Shown in pieces: positions 1-10,830 of a DNA stretch of 64,000 bases. Under the pieces are notes generated by a model. It searched no databases, was not told the DNA's origin, and worked only from the letters and a program-made list of their open reading frames with translations. The stretch covers positions 190,280,001 to 190,344,000 of the forward strand of contig NC_086097.1 in the NCBI RefSeq assembly GCF_963921235.1, given 5' to 3'. The position numbers and the translations under genes were made by a program. This DNA is from Mobula hypostoma. Lineage: Eukaryota. The first letter of the stretch is position 1; the number at the start of each line of letters is the position of its first letter.

Positions 1-363
1 TGTTCTGAAATTGTTAGGTTGTATGGGGGGTTGAAATTAACATATACAATAAAGTAAACAACACTCACATGAAGCCGTCTGCCATTGTTGTGGTGTTGGA
101 GGTTGCGTTCAAGAAAACAATGAAATGCCGCGCTCCCGCCACCATCCGTTTCGGCACGTCATGACAGCGTTTTTAAAAAGAGCCAGCTACCCCGTACACA
201 CTACAGCGGCCATTAGGCGTTTTCAGATTTATTCACTCTGGAGAGCATTTTTGAAAAGCTCCATTTTCGGGAGAGGAAAACGCCGTTTCAATGTGGACGG
301 AGGGTCAAAATGAAGAGAAAAGGCTTCGGTTATGGATTTATCTGGTCTAGTGTGGTTGTAGCC
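1..363 (+). mobile_element. Right end of a non-autonomous PIF/Harbinger-type DNA transposon (runs off the window start)
   Basis: Ends in ...TCTGGTCTAGTGTGGTTGTAGCC followed by TGA. Aligns with the right part of the complete element at 42536-43587 (shared tgttctgaaattg, gttgcgttcaagaaaacaatgaaatgccgcg, cgccgtttcaatgtggacggagggtcaaaa). Confidence 0.8.
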
Positions 364-1785
364 TGAAGTAAACCCCACAAATCTGTGAATGCTGATGTAA
401 TAATAGCCTTAAGATGCACGGGGATAGACAAGAGAATTTAAATGCAAGCTTCTTTGTTCCGTTAAACTTGATCAGCAGCATTTTAACTGGATACAGGAAG
501 GATTTCATTGTTTTCTCAGTTACTTTCTCAGGTCATTACATGACAACATATGCTGCAGAACAGAGCTGGATGAACTGTCAGCTTTCTGATTACTGCATAA
601 GAGTGGACATCTAATAATGTTTGGCATTGATTTGAAATTATATTTATAACCCAGAGAAATAATTACTGGCATTTCAATGTCCAGACTGACAGATAAAAGT
701 AGGAAGGTTTGATACAAAATGTAGCATAATGACAGATAATAAAATTGCAGTTAAATCTCTGAGCCAGAATGATGACAAAAGATAGGTAGAGCTCAGACAG
801 AATATGGATTCTTGCTATCTATATGCTTCTTCAAGTACAAGTGTGATTTCTATTCAGAAGCACCCAGTTATGATTCTGCCATGAAATGATTGTGATCATG
901 TACCACTCCACAAAAAATCAATTTCCAAATGCATAGCAAAGAAAATAAAATTACAATGCATTTGTATTGCTTGGTGTATGTACTTCATTCAAACTGGTTC
1001 TAGGTAACTGCATCATCAGTAACTTCCAATTGTAGTGCACTAGAATTCAAATTATATGCCATGTCTTGTACACTCTTTCTGTTTTCTCTTCATTCTTCTT
1101 TACCCAATTATGTTTTCTGTATGACTTCATATGAATATATGAATACACAAATTGAATCAGAAGAATATACCTCACTTGTATTAGAAGAATTAAAAAATAA
1201 GCTGAACAACTTTTGTTCTGTGAAAGCTTGCATTTTAATATTATATTGGAAATGTGCGGGGGGTTGTTAACTTGTTCTGCCTGGTTTCAGGTCAGCAGGA
1301 CAGCAGTTAAAACTCAGTTGGTGAAATTATGTTCCCGACTTGATCTTCAAGCTAGGGAAAAAAAAACCCACACCTAAAATAGGCTGCATTGTGTATTTAA
1401 TATTTCAGCAATATTTGAGTAATATTGTAAATATATTGTTTGATGAAGCATCCTTGTGTTATGTAATTCATTATGGGTTATATGTAAAAGTACATGAATG
1501 GCATACATCTGCATGACACCATGTCATAAGTGCATGTCTCGCTAAAAATAAAAATTGAAACTGAGACACTTTATCCCTGGGCTCCCTGTGTTTTTTTTTT
1601 ATTAATTTCTTAAGTTACAAAACATAAGAGTAGCAATGAGGAAGTTTTAAGTGAACCCAAGACCTACCTGTAAAAGTGCAGCAAGACATTTGAGTTTAAA
1701 AAAAAAGGCAGACAATGGACAAATTCATGGGTTCATAAACATTGAGTACCATATAATAATGATTATAAATTTTAAAAAAGCAGTA

Positions 1786-2530
1786 ATGTCTGGCTACATC
1801 AGAAAGATAGATGTGTTTGATAGCACAAGAGATAATTAGCTGTTGTATATGGAACAATTGAGCAATACTTTGAAGCAAATGAAATAGCCAATGAAAAGTG
1901 AGTGCCACTTATGCTGAGTGCATTGGGTTTGAAGGCATACAGTTTGCTTAGAAATTTAACTGCTCCAACCAAAACAGTCAAAATCTGCTTTGCATGTATA
2001 ATGAAAGTAGTTCAGGAACATTCAGAACCAAAACCATTGATGATTGCAGAACACTTTAGGTTTCATAAGCAGAATCGAAAGGAGGGTGAGTCCATTTCAG
2101 TGTACATGGCTGAACTGAAGAAATTGTCTGAGCATTGTCAGTTCAGTGGTGGGCTTAATGACGCACTGAGAAATCATATAGTTTGTGGAATCTAAAAAGA
2201 AAGCATTCAAAAAGAGCTCCTAACTGAAGCACAATTCACATTTAAAAAAGCAATTGTAATTGCTGTATTGATAGAAACAGCAGACAGAGATGCAATTGAG
2301 TTGCAGTCAGGAATGAAAGTAAGTATGAAAAAAATTGCAACGTCTGAATAGAAACCTGCCCAGCTAAACAAATTGTGATACCATTGTGGCAGGGGCTCAC
2401 ATACACCAGACCAATGCAGATTTAAAGGTGAAACTTGCAGAAAATGCAATGAAATCGGACACATACAAAGAGCATGTCAGGCAGACAAAAACAAATGGAC
2501 TGCAAAGGGAAGAAAAAAAGATAAAAGTCA
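1786..2530 (+). pseudogene. gag: Gypsy gag remnant with two CCHC zinc knuckles
   Basis: MSGYIRKIDVFDSTRDN...EQYFEANEIA...AYSLLRNLTAPTK...IAEHFRFHKQNRKEGESISVYMAELKKLSEHCQF...LNDALRNHIVCGI. Knuckles *YHCGRGSHTPDQC and CRKCNEIGHIQRAC at ~2376-2477. Contains stops and frameshifts. Confidence 0.85.
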
Positions 2531-2534
2531 AGTT

Positions 2535-3000
2535 TGACCAGACTCCCTCTGCCTCTCACTCATTGCTACTAGAGGAAGGAGCAGGAGTCTTGGGTCTTGG
2601 GCAAGGTTTATTCAGTGCCGTTTGTGAATTGGACTTCTTTTTAGAGAACTATAAACTTCATACTGTATGTGTTTCTTATGTCTAGATAATGCTTTCTTAT
2701 TGTTATTTGGCACAATTTTAATCAGGACAGACGGCTCTGCGGCCTGCAGTCAATGAAATGACACAGCACTAAATTGAACTGAACTGAACTAAACATTCCA
2801 AGACTGTTTCAAGGTCTCAATAGTTTGATGTTTAATATTCTATGTGTTGTTTGCCTTTTTTGCTGTTTATACATTGGGTGTTTGAGGTTTCCTTTGAACG
2901 AGTTCCACAATGTTTCTTTGTTTCGTGGCTGTTTGTGGGAAGGTGAATCTCAGGGCTGCAAGCTGCATACATGCTTTGATAATAAATGTACTTTTAACTC
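2535..3000 (+). mobile_element. Non-autonomous retroposon fragment inserted in the Gypsy element (replaces the protease region)
   Basis: Shares blocks with 7700-8287/9454-9658 (ctctgcggcctgcagtcaatgaa; gaatctcagggctg...tttgataataaatgtacttt 3' tail). Confidence 0.6.
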
Positions 3001-4385
3001 TGTGCCTTACTGGAGAAAAGGACTAGCAAATTAGACTTAGCTGAGGCTGCCTACAGATGGAGATGGAAGAAGAATCCAAAGTGATTCTCACCATAAACAC
3101 TTACCGAGGGTTTTATCACTATAATAGGTTTATTTTTGGAGTAGCATCTGCACCTGCACTCTGGCAGAAAGCTATGGACCAGGTGATGCAAGGCTGCCCA
3201 GGAACTCAGGATCGCATGGATGGCATCATTTTTGGTGGTAAGGATGAAAAAGAACATCTCCAAAATCTCAAGGCAATATTAAAAAGATTTGAAGATTATG
3301 GGCTCAGAACACAATGAAACAAGTGTGAATTCTCCTTAAAGCAAGCATCACTTACTGTGGTCACACCATTGATGCATAAGCATTACACAAGTGTGCTGAG
3401 AAAATTCATGCAGTGGTGGATGCTCCAAGGCAAAGGATGGAACACAGTTGCAGTCCTTTTTTGGATTTGTCAATTATTATAACAGGTTACCACCAAAGTT
3501 GGCTACTGTGCTCCATCCCTTGAACTCATTCCTACAGATGAGGAAGAAATAGCAATGGACAAAGCAGTGCGAGCTGGCTTTCCAAAAGGCAAAGGAAATG
3601 GTGATGGCAGACACTGTACTCACACATTATGACTCACATTGTCCAGTGAAGCTTGCCAGTGATGCCATGTCTACGGTACAGGTGCAGTCATGTGAAATGT
3701 TATGAGTGATGGAAGTGAACGTTCCATAGCCTTTGCTATGGATGACTACTCATGGAAATGCTGATGGATTGTCCTGTTTACCCTTGGAAAAGGAAATACC
3801 TGAAAACTTTACAAAAGAGGACAATCCACTGGAAGTATTTCCCCCTAACTGAAATCAAATGACTCCTATTACAGAAGACATGATTCAAAGGGTAACCAGA
3901 AAAGATCCCACACTGTCTCAGGTCTACATAACATCGCCATGTGCAGCAGAAATCCCATCTCCCCCATTTTACCGGTGCTAGAATAAACCTGCCCAAGATG
4001 GAGGCTGTCTTATGAGGGGTTTGAGAGTTGTTGCACCATCTAAGCCAAGAGTTAAAGTGTTGGAGGAGCTACATGCTGGATATCTAGGCACGGTTAAAAT
4101 GAAAGCATTGGCTTGAAGTTCTGTCTGGTAACCTAGGATAGAATAGCAGATTGAGCAGCTTGCCCTGCACTATTCAGTATGCCAATACGTTCAGAAGAAA
4201 GGAATTCAGAGCTGTCAAAATGTCTTCCTGCAGGCCCAGAGTCAACTCCTACAACCACCATGGAGGAGGCCCCAGAATATGAGATTATTTCACAGCCACA
4301 GGTCTCACCTGCTAAGCAGAGTGACCTTCATGGTCGAGAAAGACGTTATCCCACATGAACAAGAAGTCCTCCACAGCGATTAAAT
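3001..4385 (+). pseudogene. pol: Gypsy pol remnant (RT, partial RNase H, integrase Zn-binding region and C-terminus)
   Basis: LQMEMEEESKVILTINTYRGFYHYNRFIFGVASAPALWQKAMDQVMQG...MDGII (degenerate YxDD), LQSFFGFVNYYNR, LASDA, HGNADGLS, VLEELHAG..GTVKMKALA, RRYP. Multiple stops and deletions. Confidence 0.9.
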
Positions 4386-4422
4386 CAGTAGACCTGAATG
4401 TGACAATTTAAAATTTACTATG

Positions 4423-6193
4423 TTAACCATGAGCCATGAGACATAGGAGTAGAATCGGGCCATTCAGCCCATCGCATCTGTTCCACCATTCCATTACCAC
4501 TGATCCCGGATCCCACCCAGCCCCATACAACCATCTTCTCGACATATCCCTTGATGCGTTGACTGATCTGAAAATGATCAATTTCTGCTTAAATATATGC
4601 ATGGACAGTCCCTCTGTTGCAGTCTGTGGCAGAGCACTCCACAGATTTACTACTCTCTGGCTATAAAAATCCCTCTTTACCTCTGTTCTAAAGGGTTGCC
4701 CCCAATTTTGAGGTTGTGTCCTCTGGTTCTGGATACCTCCACATAGGAAACATCCCTTCACATCCACCCTATCAGGTCCTTTCAACATTTGGTAGGTTTC
4801 AATGGGATCCTCTCCCTCCCCCCCCCCCAACATTCTTCTAAATTCCAGTGAGTACAGTCCTAAGGCTGCCAAACACTCCCCATAGGTTAACCCCTTCATC
4901 TCTTCATTCACGGAATCATCCTTGTGAACCTCCTCTGGACTCTCTCCAATGACAACATAAGCTTACTGAGATATGGGGCACATAAATGTTGACAATACTT
5001 TCATTGTATAAAGAAGCCAACATTATATTTGCCTTCTATACCACAGCCTCAACATCTAAATTAACTTTCTGGGAGTCTTGCACGAGGACGCCCAAGTCCC
5101 TCTGCATCTCTGATGTTTGAACCTTCTCCCCATTTAGATAATAGTCCACACTATTGTTTCTTTTACCAAGATGCATTATCATACATTTCCCAGCACTATA
5201 TTCCATCTGCCACTTTTTTGTCCATTCTTCCAATTTGTCTAAGCCGTGCTGCAATTGCATTGCTTCCTCAGCACTACCTACCCCTCCATCTATTTTCGTA
5301 TTTTCCATAAACTTTGACACAAAACTATCAATTCCATTATCCAAATCATTGACAAACAATGTGAAAAGCCTCCGTCCAAATACTGACCCCTAAGGAACAC
5401 CACTAGTCACCGGCAGCCAACTAGAAAAGGCCCCTTTTATTCACATTTGCTGCCTCCTGCCTGTCAGCCATTCTGCTATCCATGCCAGTATCCTTCCTGT
5501 AACGCCATAGGATTTTATCTTGTTAAGCAGCCTCATGTGTGGCACCTTATCAAATGCCTTCTGAAAATCCAAGTAACTTACACCCACTGCCTCTCCTTTG
5601 CCTACCCTGCTTGTCACTTCCTCGAAGAACTCCAACAGATTTGACAGGCAAGATTTCCCTTTTACAGAAACCACGCTGACTTTGACTTATTTTATCGTTA
5701 GTCTCCAAGTACCCTGAAATCTCATCCTTAATAATAGATTCCAACACTTTCCCAACCACTGAGGTTAGGCCAACTGGCCAGTAATTTCCTTTCTTTTGCA
5801 TTCCTCCCTTCTAAAAGACTGGAGTAACATTTGCAATCTTCCAGTCCTCTGGGACCATACCAGAATCAACTGATTCTTGAAAGATCATGCCTAATGCATC
5901 CATTTTCTCTTCCTCAGACTCTTTCAGGACTCTGGGTGTAGTCCATCTTGTCTAGGTGCCTTATCCACGTTAAGACCTTTGAGTTTGCCTAGCACTTTTT
6001 TCCTTTGTAATAGCAATAACACTTACTCCTGCTCCCTGACACACACAGGATCTGGCACACTGCTAGTGTCTTCCACAGTGAAGACAAATGCAAAGTACTC
6101 ATTAAGTTCATCTGCCATTTCTTTGCACTCCATTACTTTACTTCACGAGCATCATTTTCCAGTGGTCCCATATCAGCTCTCACCTCCCTTTTA
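4423..6193 (-). mobile_element. CR1 LINE ORF2 (RT) 3' portion, 5'-truncated and decayed (family A)
   Basis: Minus-strand ORF pieces KGKSCLSNLLEFFEEVTSRV..YLDFQKAFDKVPH, WQMEYSAGKC, LGLYSLEFRR, FYSQRVVNLWSALP. Tail (tctcatgg)n at 4423-4445. Confidence 0.93.
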
Positions 6194-6494
6194 CAGCTGT
6201 TGCAGATGTCTATATAGTAGATTTTATATATATATACATACACACACACTCACTAAAAGTAAAAATGAGACAATGACATGTTATTCCTGGCTCCGTGTTT
6301 TTCTTTTCAGTTTACTTTCAATCGGACTTTAGTGTCTGAAGAAAACTTAGATTAGAAACCTAATACAAACGGAACACTTGGAAGTGAAAGAGAATATAAT
6401 GTAAATGGGCCTGAGGATCAGCATGCCTTTTCAATAAGTCTTCTCGTAAGGAAAAGGTATTGACACCAAGCCCAGTAGGAATTAAACACTGGAG

Positions 6495-6922
6495 ACACAA
6501 GAAACTGCTGATGCTGGAATCTGGAGCAACATACAAAGGAAATGGTGATGGCAGACACTGTACTCACACATTATGACTCACATTGTCCAGTGAAGCTTGC
6601 CAGTGATGCCATGTCTACGGTACAGGTGCAGTCATGTGAAATGTTATGAGTGATGGAAGTGAACGTTCCATAGCCTTTGCTATGGATGACTACTCATGGA
6701 AATGCTGATGGATTGTCCTGTTTACCCTTGGAACATACAAGATCTGGAGAAACTCAATAGGTCAGGCAGCATCCGTGGAGGGAAATGAATGTTTTACATT
6801 TCAAGTCAAGACCTTTCATCTGCAAGTGCTTCTTCCTATAGATGCTGCCTGGCCTGTTGTGCTCCACTAGCATTTTATGTGTGTTGCTTGAATTTCCAGC
6901 ATCTGCAGATTTCCTTGTGATT
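6495..6922. mobile_element. Palindromic Penelope-type short element, degenerate, interrupted by a 200-bp templated insertion
   Basis: Left arm ctgctgatgctggaatctggagcaac...aactcaataggtcaggcagcatccgtgg. Right arm gatgctgcctggcctg...tgtgtgttgcttgaatttccagcatctgcag. Confidence 0.75.
6534..6733 (+). repeat. Exact 200-bp direct copy of 3590-3789
   Basis: caaaggaaatggtgatggcagac...gtcctgtttacccttggaa is identical at both sites. Flanked by aacatacaa at 6528-6536 and 6732-6740. Confidence 0.97.
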
Positions 6923-6999
6923 ATGTGATTGGTATGGTTAACAATATAAGGGTAACTGATCTACTCAAAAATGTCACAACTTGATGCTGAATTGCAAGT

Positions 7000-7560
7000 A
7001 TTTAGGAAATCACATAGAATATTGGCCCTTGTTGCAAGGGGGTCTGACTGACATTAAAAGCAGACAAATCTTGCGACAGAAATACTGTATATTGCTGAAA
7101 TGAGATCTGAATGTTGGGGGGGGGGGAGGGAGAGGATCCCATTGAAACCTACCAAATGTTGAAAGGACCTTTTTTACTTATGGAAGGTTATGCTTGTATA
7201 TGAGCCAATTCACAGATGTACTGGCTTGACTGAAGGGATGAAGGACTGTTTTATGAGGCGTGACTGTGCAAGATGGGTCTATGCTCTTCGGAGTTTAGAA
7301 CAAGATCTTATTGGAACATGCAGAATTCCTTTCTAAATTTGTGACTCTTTATCTTTGAACTATGGGGAATGTAGTTCAAAAATAATGAGTCACCTATCTA
7401 GGAGGAATTTCTTCTGTCAAAGGATAATGAATCTTAAAATCCTTGATCCTGGCGATCTATGGAAGCTGAATCATTGAATGTATTTGAGGCTCAGATCAGC
7501 AGATTCTGAGTCAGCAGTGGACACAAGAATAAAGGGGAATATCCAGGAAAGTTAAGGTGA
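7000..7560 (+). mobile_element. Old, highly decayed CR1 3' fragment
   Basis: Degenerate CR1 ORF2 C-terminal motifs (tatgctcttcggagtttagaa; ggaggaatttcttctgtcaaaggataatgaatct; gtatttgaggctcagatcagcagatt). Confidence 0.6.
7109..7170 (-). repeat. Exact 62-bp inverted copy of 4774-4835
   Basis: gaatgtt-G11-agggagaggatcccattgaaacctaccaaatgttgaaaggacct is the reverse complement of 4774-4835, including the same 11-nt homopolymer. Confidence 0.93.
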
Positions 7561-8287
7561 AACTAAACGTGACCAAAGGCGATGTCCTTCAGACTGTTCA
7601 CAAAATGACTTCTTTTACATTTTCTTCTTCTTTCAGATATCATTCTGCTACTATCAGAGCATGTGATTTACATTTTGACTGTGTGCTTTTGGGCCAATTG
7701 AGTGATCTGATATTTTGTTGTCTCCAAGGGAGTTCGGTGAGCTGTCAAGCAGAGTGTGTGGCCTGAAGTACAAGAAGCCTGGATATGGAGTGCAAGCCCA
7801 TGATCAACTCCATTTTTCTTCAATCTTGCCAATTAAAGCATTGAACGAGATTGAAATCAAGGATGAGAGCGGAAGGCGAGCAGGTTTTTCAGCACCATCT
7901 GCCTGCGTTTAAATGGTCTGTCTCTCCCTCTTGCTTGATGCTGCCGGAGGAAGGTGTCTGCGTGTGACCAATCTCTCTCTCGCTCTTGCTCGCTGTTCCC
8001 AGAGAATGTTGTTTGCGTTTGGCCGGTCTCACTCTCCCTCTTGCTCAGTGCCGTCGGAGAATGGTGCTGGAGACTTGGGTCTTGGGCGAGATTTAATCAA
8101 TGTGGTTTGTGGACTGGACTAGGTCGTTCATGGATTGATGTGTTGTCTGATTTCTCCATTTCTTTTTGCTACTTAGTCTGGTTTTGCTTGGGGCAGTCTG
8201 ACTCTGCAGCCTGCAGTCAATGAATGACACTGTGCTAAATTGACCTAAACCGAATATTCCTAGATTGTTTCTTTGACTCTATGATTT

Positions 8288-9453
8288 AGAAACATAGAAA
8301 CATAGAAAATAGGTGCAGGAGTAGGCCATTCGGCCCTTCGAGCCTGCACCGCCATTTATTATGATCATGGCTGATCATCCAACTCAGAACCCAGCCTTCC
8401 CTCCATACCCCCTGACCCCTGTAGCCACAAGGGCCATATCTAACTTCCTTTTAAACATAGCTAATGAACTGGCCTCAACAGTTTGCTGTGGCAGAGAATT
8501 CCACAGATTCACCACTCTCTGTGTGAAGAAGTTTTTCCTAACCTCGGTCCTAAAAGGCTTCCCCTCTATCCTCAAACTGTGACCCCTCGTTCTAGACCTC
8601 CCCAACATCGGGAACAATCTTCCTGCATCTAGCCTGTCCAATCCCTTTAGGATCTTATACGTTTCAATCAGATCCCCCCTCAATCTTCTAAATTCCAACG
8701 AGTACAAGCCCAGTTCATCCAGTCTTTCTTCATATGAAAGACCTGCCATCCCAGGAATCAATCTGGTGAACCTTCTTTGTACTCCCTCTATGGCAAAGAT
8801 GTCTTTCCTCAGATTAGGGGACCAAAACTGCACACAATACTCCAGGTGTGGTCTCACCAAGGCCTTGTACAACTGCAGTAGTACCTCCCTGCTCCTGTAC
8901 TCGAATCCTCTCGCTATAAATGCCAGCATACCGTTCGCCTTTTTCACCGCCTGCTGTACCTGCATGCCCACTTTCAATGACTGGTGTATAATGACACCCA
9001 GGTCTTGTTGCACCTCCCCTTTTCCTAATCGGCCACCATTCAGATAATAATCTGTTTTCCTATTTTTGCCACCAAAGTGGATAACTTCACATTTATCCAC
9101 ATTAAATTGCATCTGCCATGAGTTTGCCCACTCACCCAACCTATCCAAGTCACCCTGCATCCTCTTAGCATCCTCCTCACTGCTAACACTGCCACCCAGC
9201 TTCGTGTCATCCGCAAACTTGGAGATGCTGCATTTAATTCCCTCATCCAAGTCATTAATATATATTGTAAACAACTGGGGTCCCAGCACTGAGCCTTGCG
9301 GTACCCCACTAGTCACCGCCTGCCATTCTGAAAAGGTCCCGTTTATTCCCACTCTTTGCTTCCTGTCTGCTAACCAATTCTCCACCCACACCAATACCTT
9401 ACCCCCAATACCGTGTGCTTTAAGTTTGCACACTAATCTCCTATGTGGGACCT
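8288..9453 (-). mobile_element. Young 5'-truncated CR1 LINE with an uninterrupted ORF2 C-terminal half
   Basis: Open frame of at least 349 aa (8384-9433) with SGVPQGSVLGP, FADDTK, WQMQFNVDKC, RPHLEYCVQFWSP, FFTQRVVNLWNSLP. 3' UTR and (tttctatg)n tail at 8288-8310. Confidence 0.96.
8384..9433 (-). CDS. CR1 ORF2 reverse transcriptase, partial (no true start; 5'-truncated)
   Basis: RT motifs PQGSVLGP and FADD; no stops or frameshifts over 349 codons. Confidence 0.85.
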   Translation of the reverse strand: MCKLKAHGIGGKVLVWVENWLADRKQRVGINGTFSEWQAVTSGVPQGSVLGPQLFTIYINDLDEGIKCSISKFADDTKLGGSVSSEEDAKRMQGDLDRLGEWANSWQMQFNVDKCEVIHFGGKNRKTDYYLNGGRLGKGEVQQDLGVIIHQSLKVGMQVQQAVKKANGMLAFIARGFEYRSREVLLQLYKALVRPHLEYCVQFWSPNLRKDIFAIEGVQRRFTRLIPGMAGLSYEERLDELGLYSLEFRRLRGDLIETYKILKGLDRLDAGRLFPMLGRSRTRGHSLRIEGKPFRTEVRKNFFTQRVVNLWNSLPQQTVEASSLAMFKRKLDMALVATGVRGYGGKAGF

Positions 9454-10199
9454 TGTTGTTTTATACTCTGTGTTTTTTGCTCATTTTTGCCATTTGCAAA
9501 ATTTGCTTTTTTTTTTGCATGTTAGGTGTTTGATGTTTTCTTTGAACAGGTTCCGTGGCGTTTCTTTGTTTCATGGCAATCTGAGGGAAGACAATTTTCA
9601 GGGTTGTATACTGCATGCATACAGTATGTTAATGATAAGTGTACTTTGAACTTTGAAATCAGATCAGCCATCATGTTTCGTAAGTTCTCACAGTTTCAAA
9701 GTTTTGCATGGACTTTATCTGTTCTCTACATTTTACATTTCATTCTTATGAAGTTTATTCAATGTCAAAGGTAACCTAATTTAAATTAAGACAACTTTTG
9801 CTGCAAAACAAGATTGTTTCAATGAAAAGCATATGATATTTAAGGCTAATGAAAACTTCATTCTGGATTCCTCAACAATGACTTCTCTAAATCAGTAAAA
9901 ATTGACTCCCTGAGACCCAACAGTCAATCTATTGCTTGGAAGGAGGTTCTTCAGAACTCTTTGAGGACTTCTTATGCTTGCAGTTTTAAAAAGGACTGTT
10001 TCATATGAATAATATTAAACTTAGCCCAGTCAGAGCCTAGCTCAGCCTTTTCTTCAAATTTTCACAGAAACTGAATTAACTCAGTATTTCAGTTATTTCA
10101 ACTGAAAATGTTTATAGAATGATATAAAATAAATAATTAAATTTATAATTTGGAAATTGAATTAAATAATTGTATTGAACAATTGTATGAAAACTAGTG

Positions 10200-10830
10200 G
10201 GATCTAGTCTTTGGACAATTCTGCAATGGGAAAAGTTTCCAATTACCTACCTTTCTATGTCCCTTATAATTGTAACTCTATTAAACATGTTCCCCCTCAG
10301 CCTCTTCAACTCTAAGGAAACAAATCCAGCTTATGTCATTCCACTCCATAAAAAAAAAAGCACTCCATCCCAGACAGTATCTCACAAATTTTTATCTGCA
10401 TCTGTTCCAGTGTAATCATATGTTTTCTATTTGTGGTGATCTGAACTATAAATAATAATATAGTTGCAATCCCACAAGTGTTTTGTAAAGTCGTACATTA
10501 ACCTCACTGTTCTTATATGACCCAGTTAGTGAAAGCAAGTATCCTGTATATCTTCTTCACTATCTTATTTATCTGTGCTTCCACTTTTAGAATTTGTTGG
10601 ACTTGTTAATCAAGGTCCTTCATGCTACCAAATCAATTTTGGACCCTATTTGCCAAGTTGTTTTAGATTCCATTGGCTCTAATGTTCTGGACCAATTTAC
10701 CTTGTGGGACCTTGTAAAAGGGTTAACCTAAGTCAATGTGATCTACATTAATTGCTCAGTACATTCCATTATCTTATTGAGAAATTCAGCTATCTCCAAA
10801 ATGCTCTTCCTCTGACAGTCCAACCACTGT
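10200..10830 (-). mobile_element. Old CR1 ORF2 fragment
   Basis: ccccctcagcctcttcaactctaaggaaacaaatccagc; gtgaaagcaagtatcctgtatatcttc; ccttgtgggaccttgtaaaag...agtcaatgtg (reverse complement of DF.K.F.KVP). Confidence 0.6.

Larger units (their letters stand above)
1390..6330 (+). mobile_element. Decayed Ty3/Gypsy LTR retrotransposon (Mag-like), interrupted by later insertions
   Basis: Putative 5' LTR ~1390-1629, then a degenerate PBS-like gtagcaatgagg. Gag, RT, RNase H and integrase remnants follow in PR-RT-RH-INT order (1786-4385). Partial 3' LTR similarity at ~6250-6310 (ctaaaagtaaaaatgagac...ttattcctggctccgtgttttt vs ctaaaaataaaaattgaaactgagac...ttatccctgggctccctgtgttttt). Confidence 0.75.
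7700..9658 (+). mobile_element. Non-autonomous retroposon with (tttgaac)n tail, split by a young CR1 insertion at 8288-9453
   Basis: Homologous to 2535-3000 on both sides of the CR1. Ends aatgataagtgtactttgaactttgaa. Confidence 0.6.
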
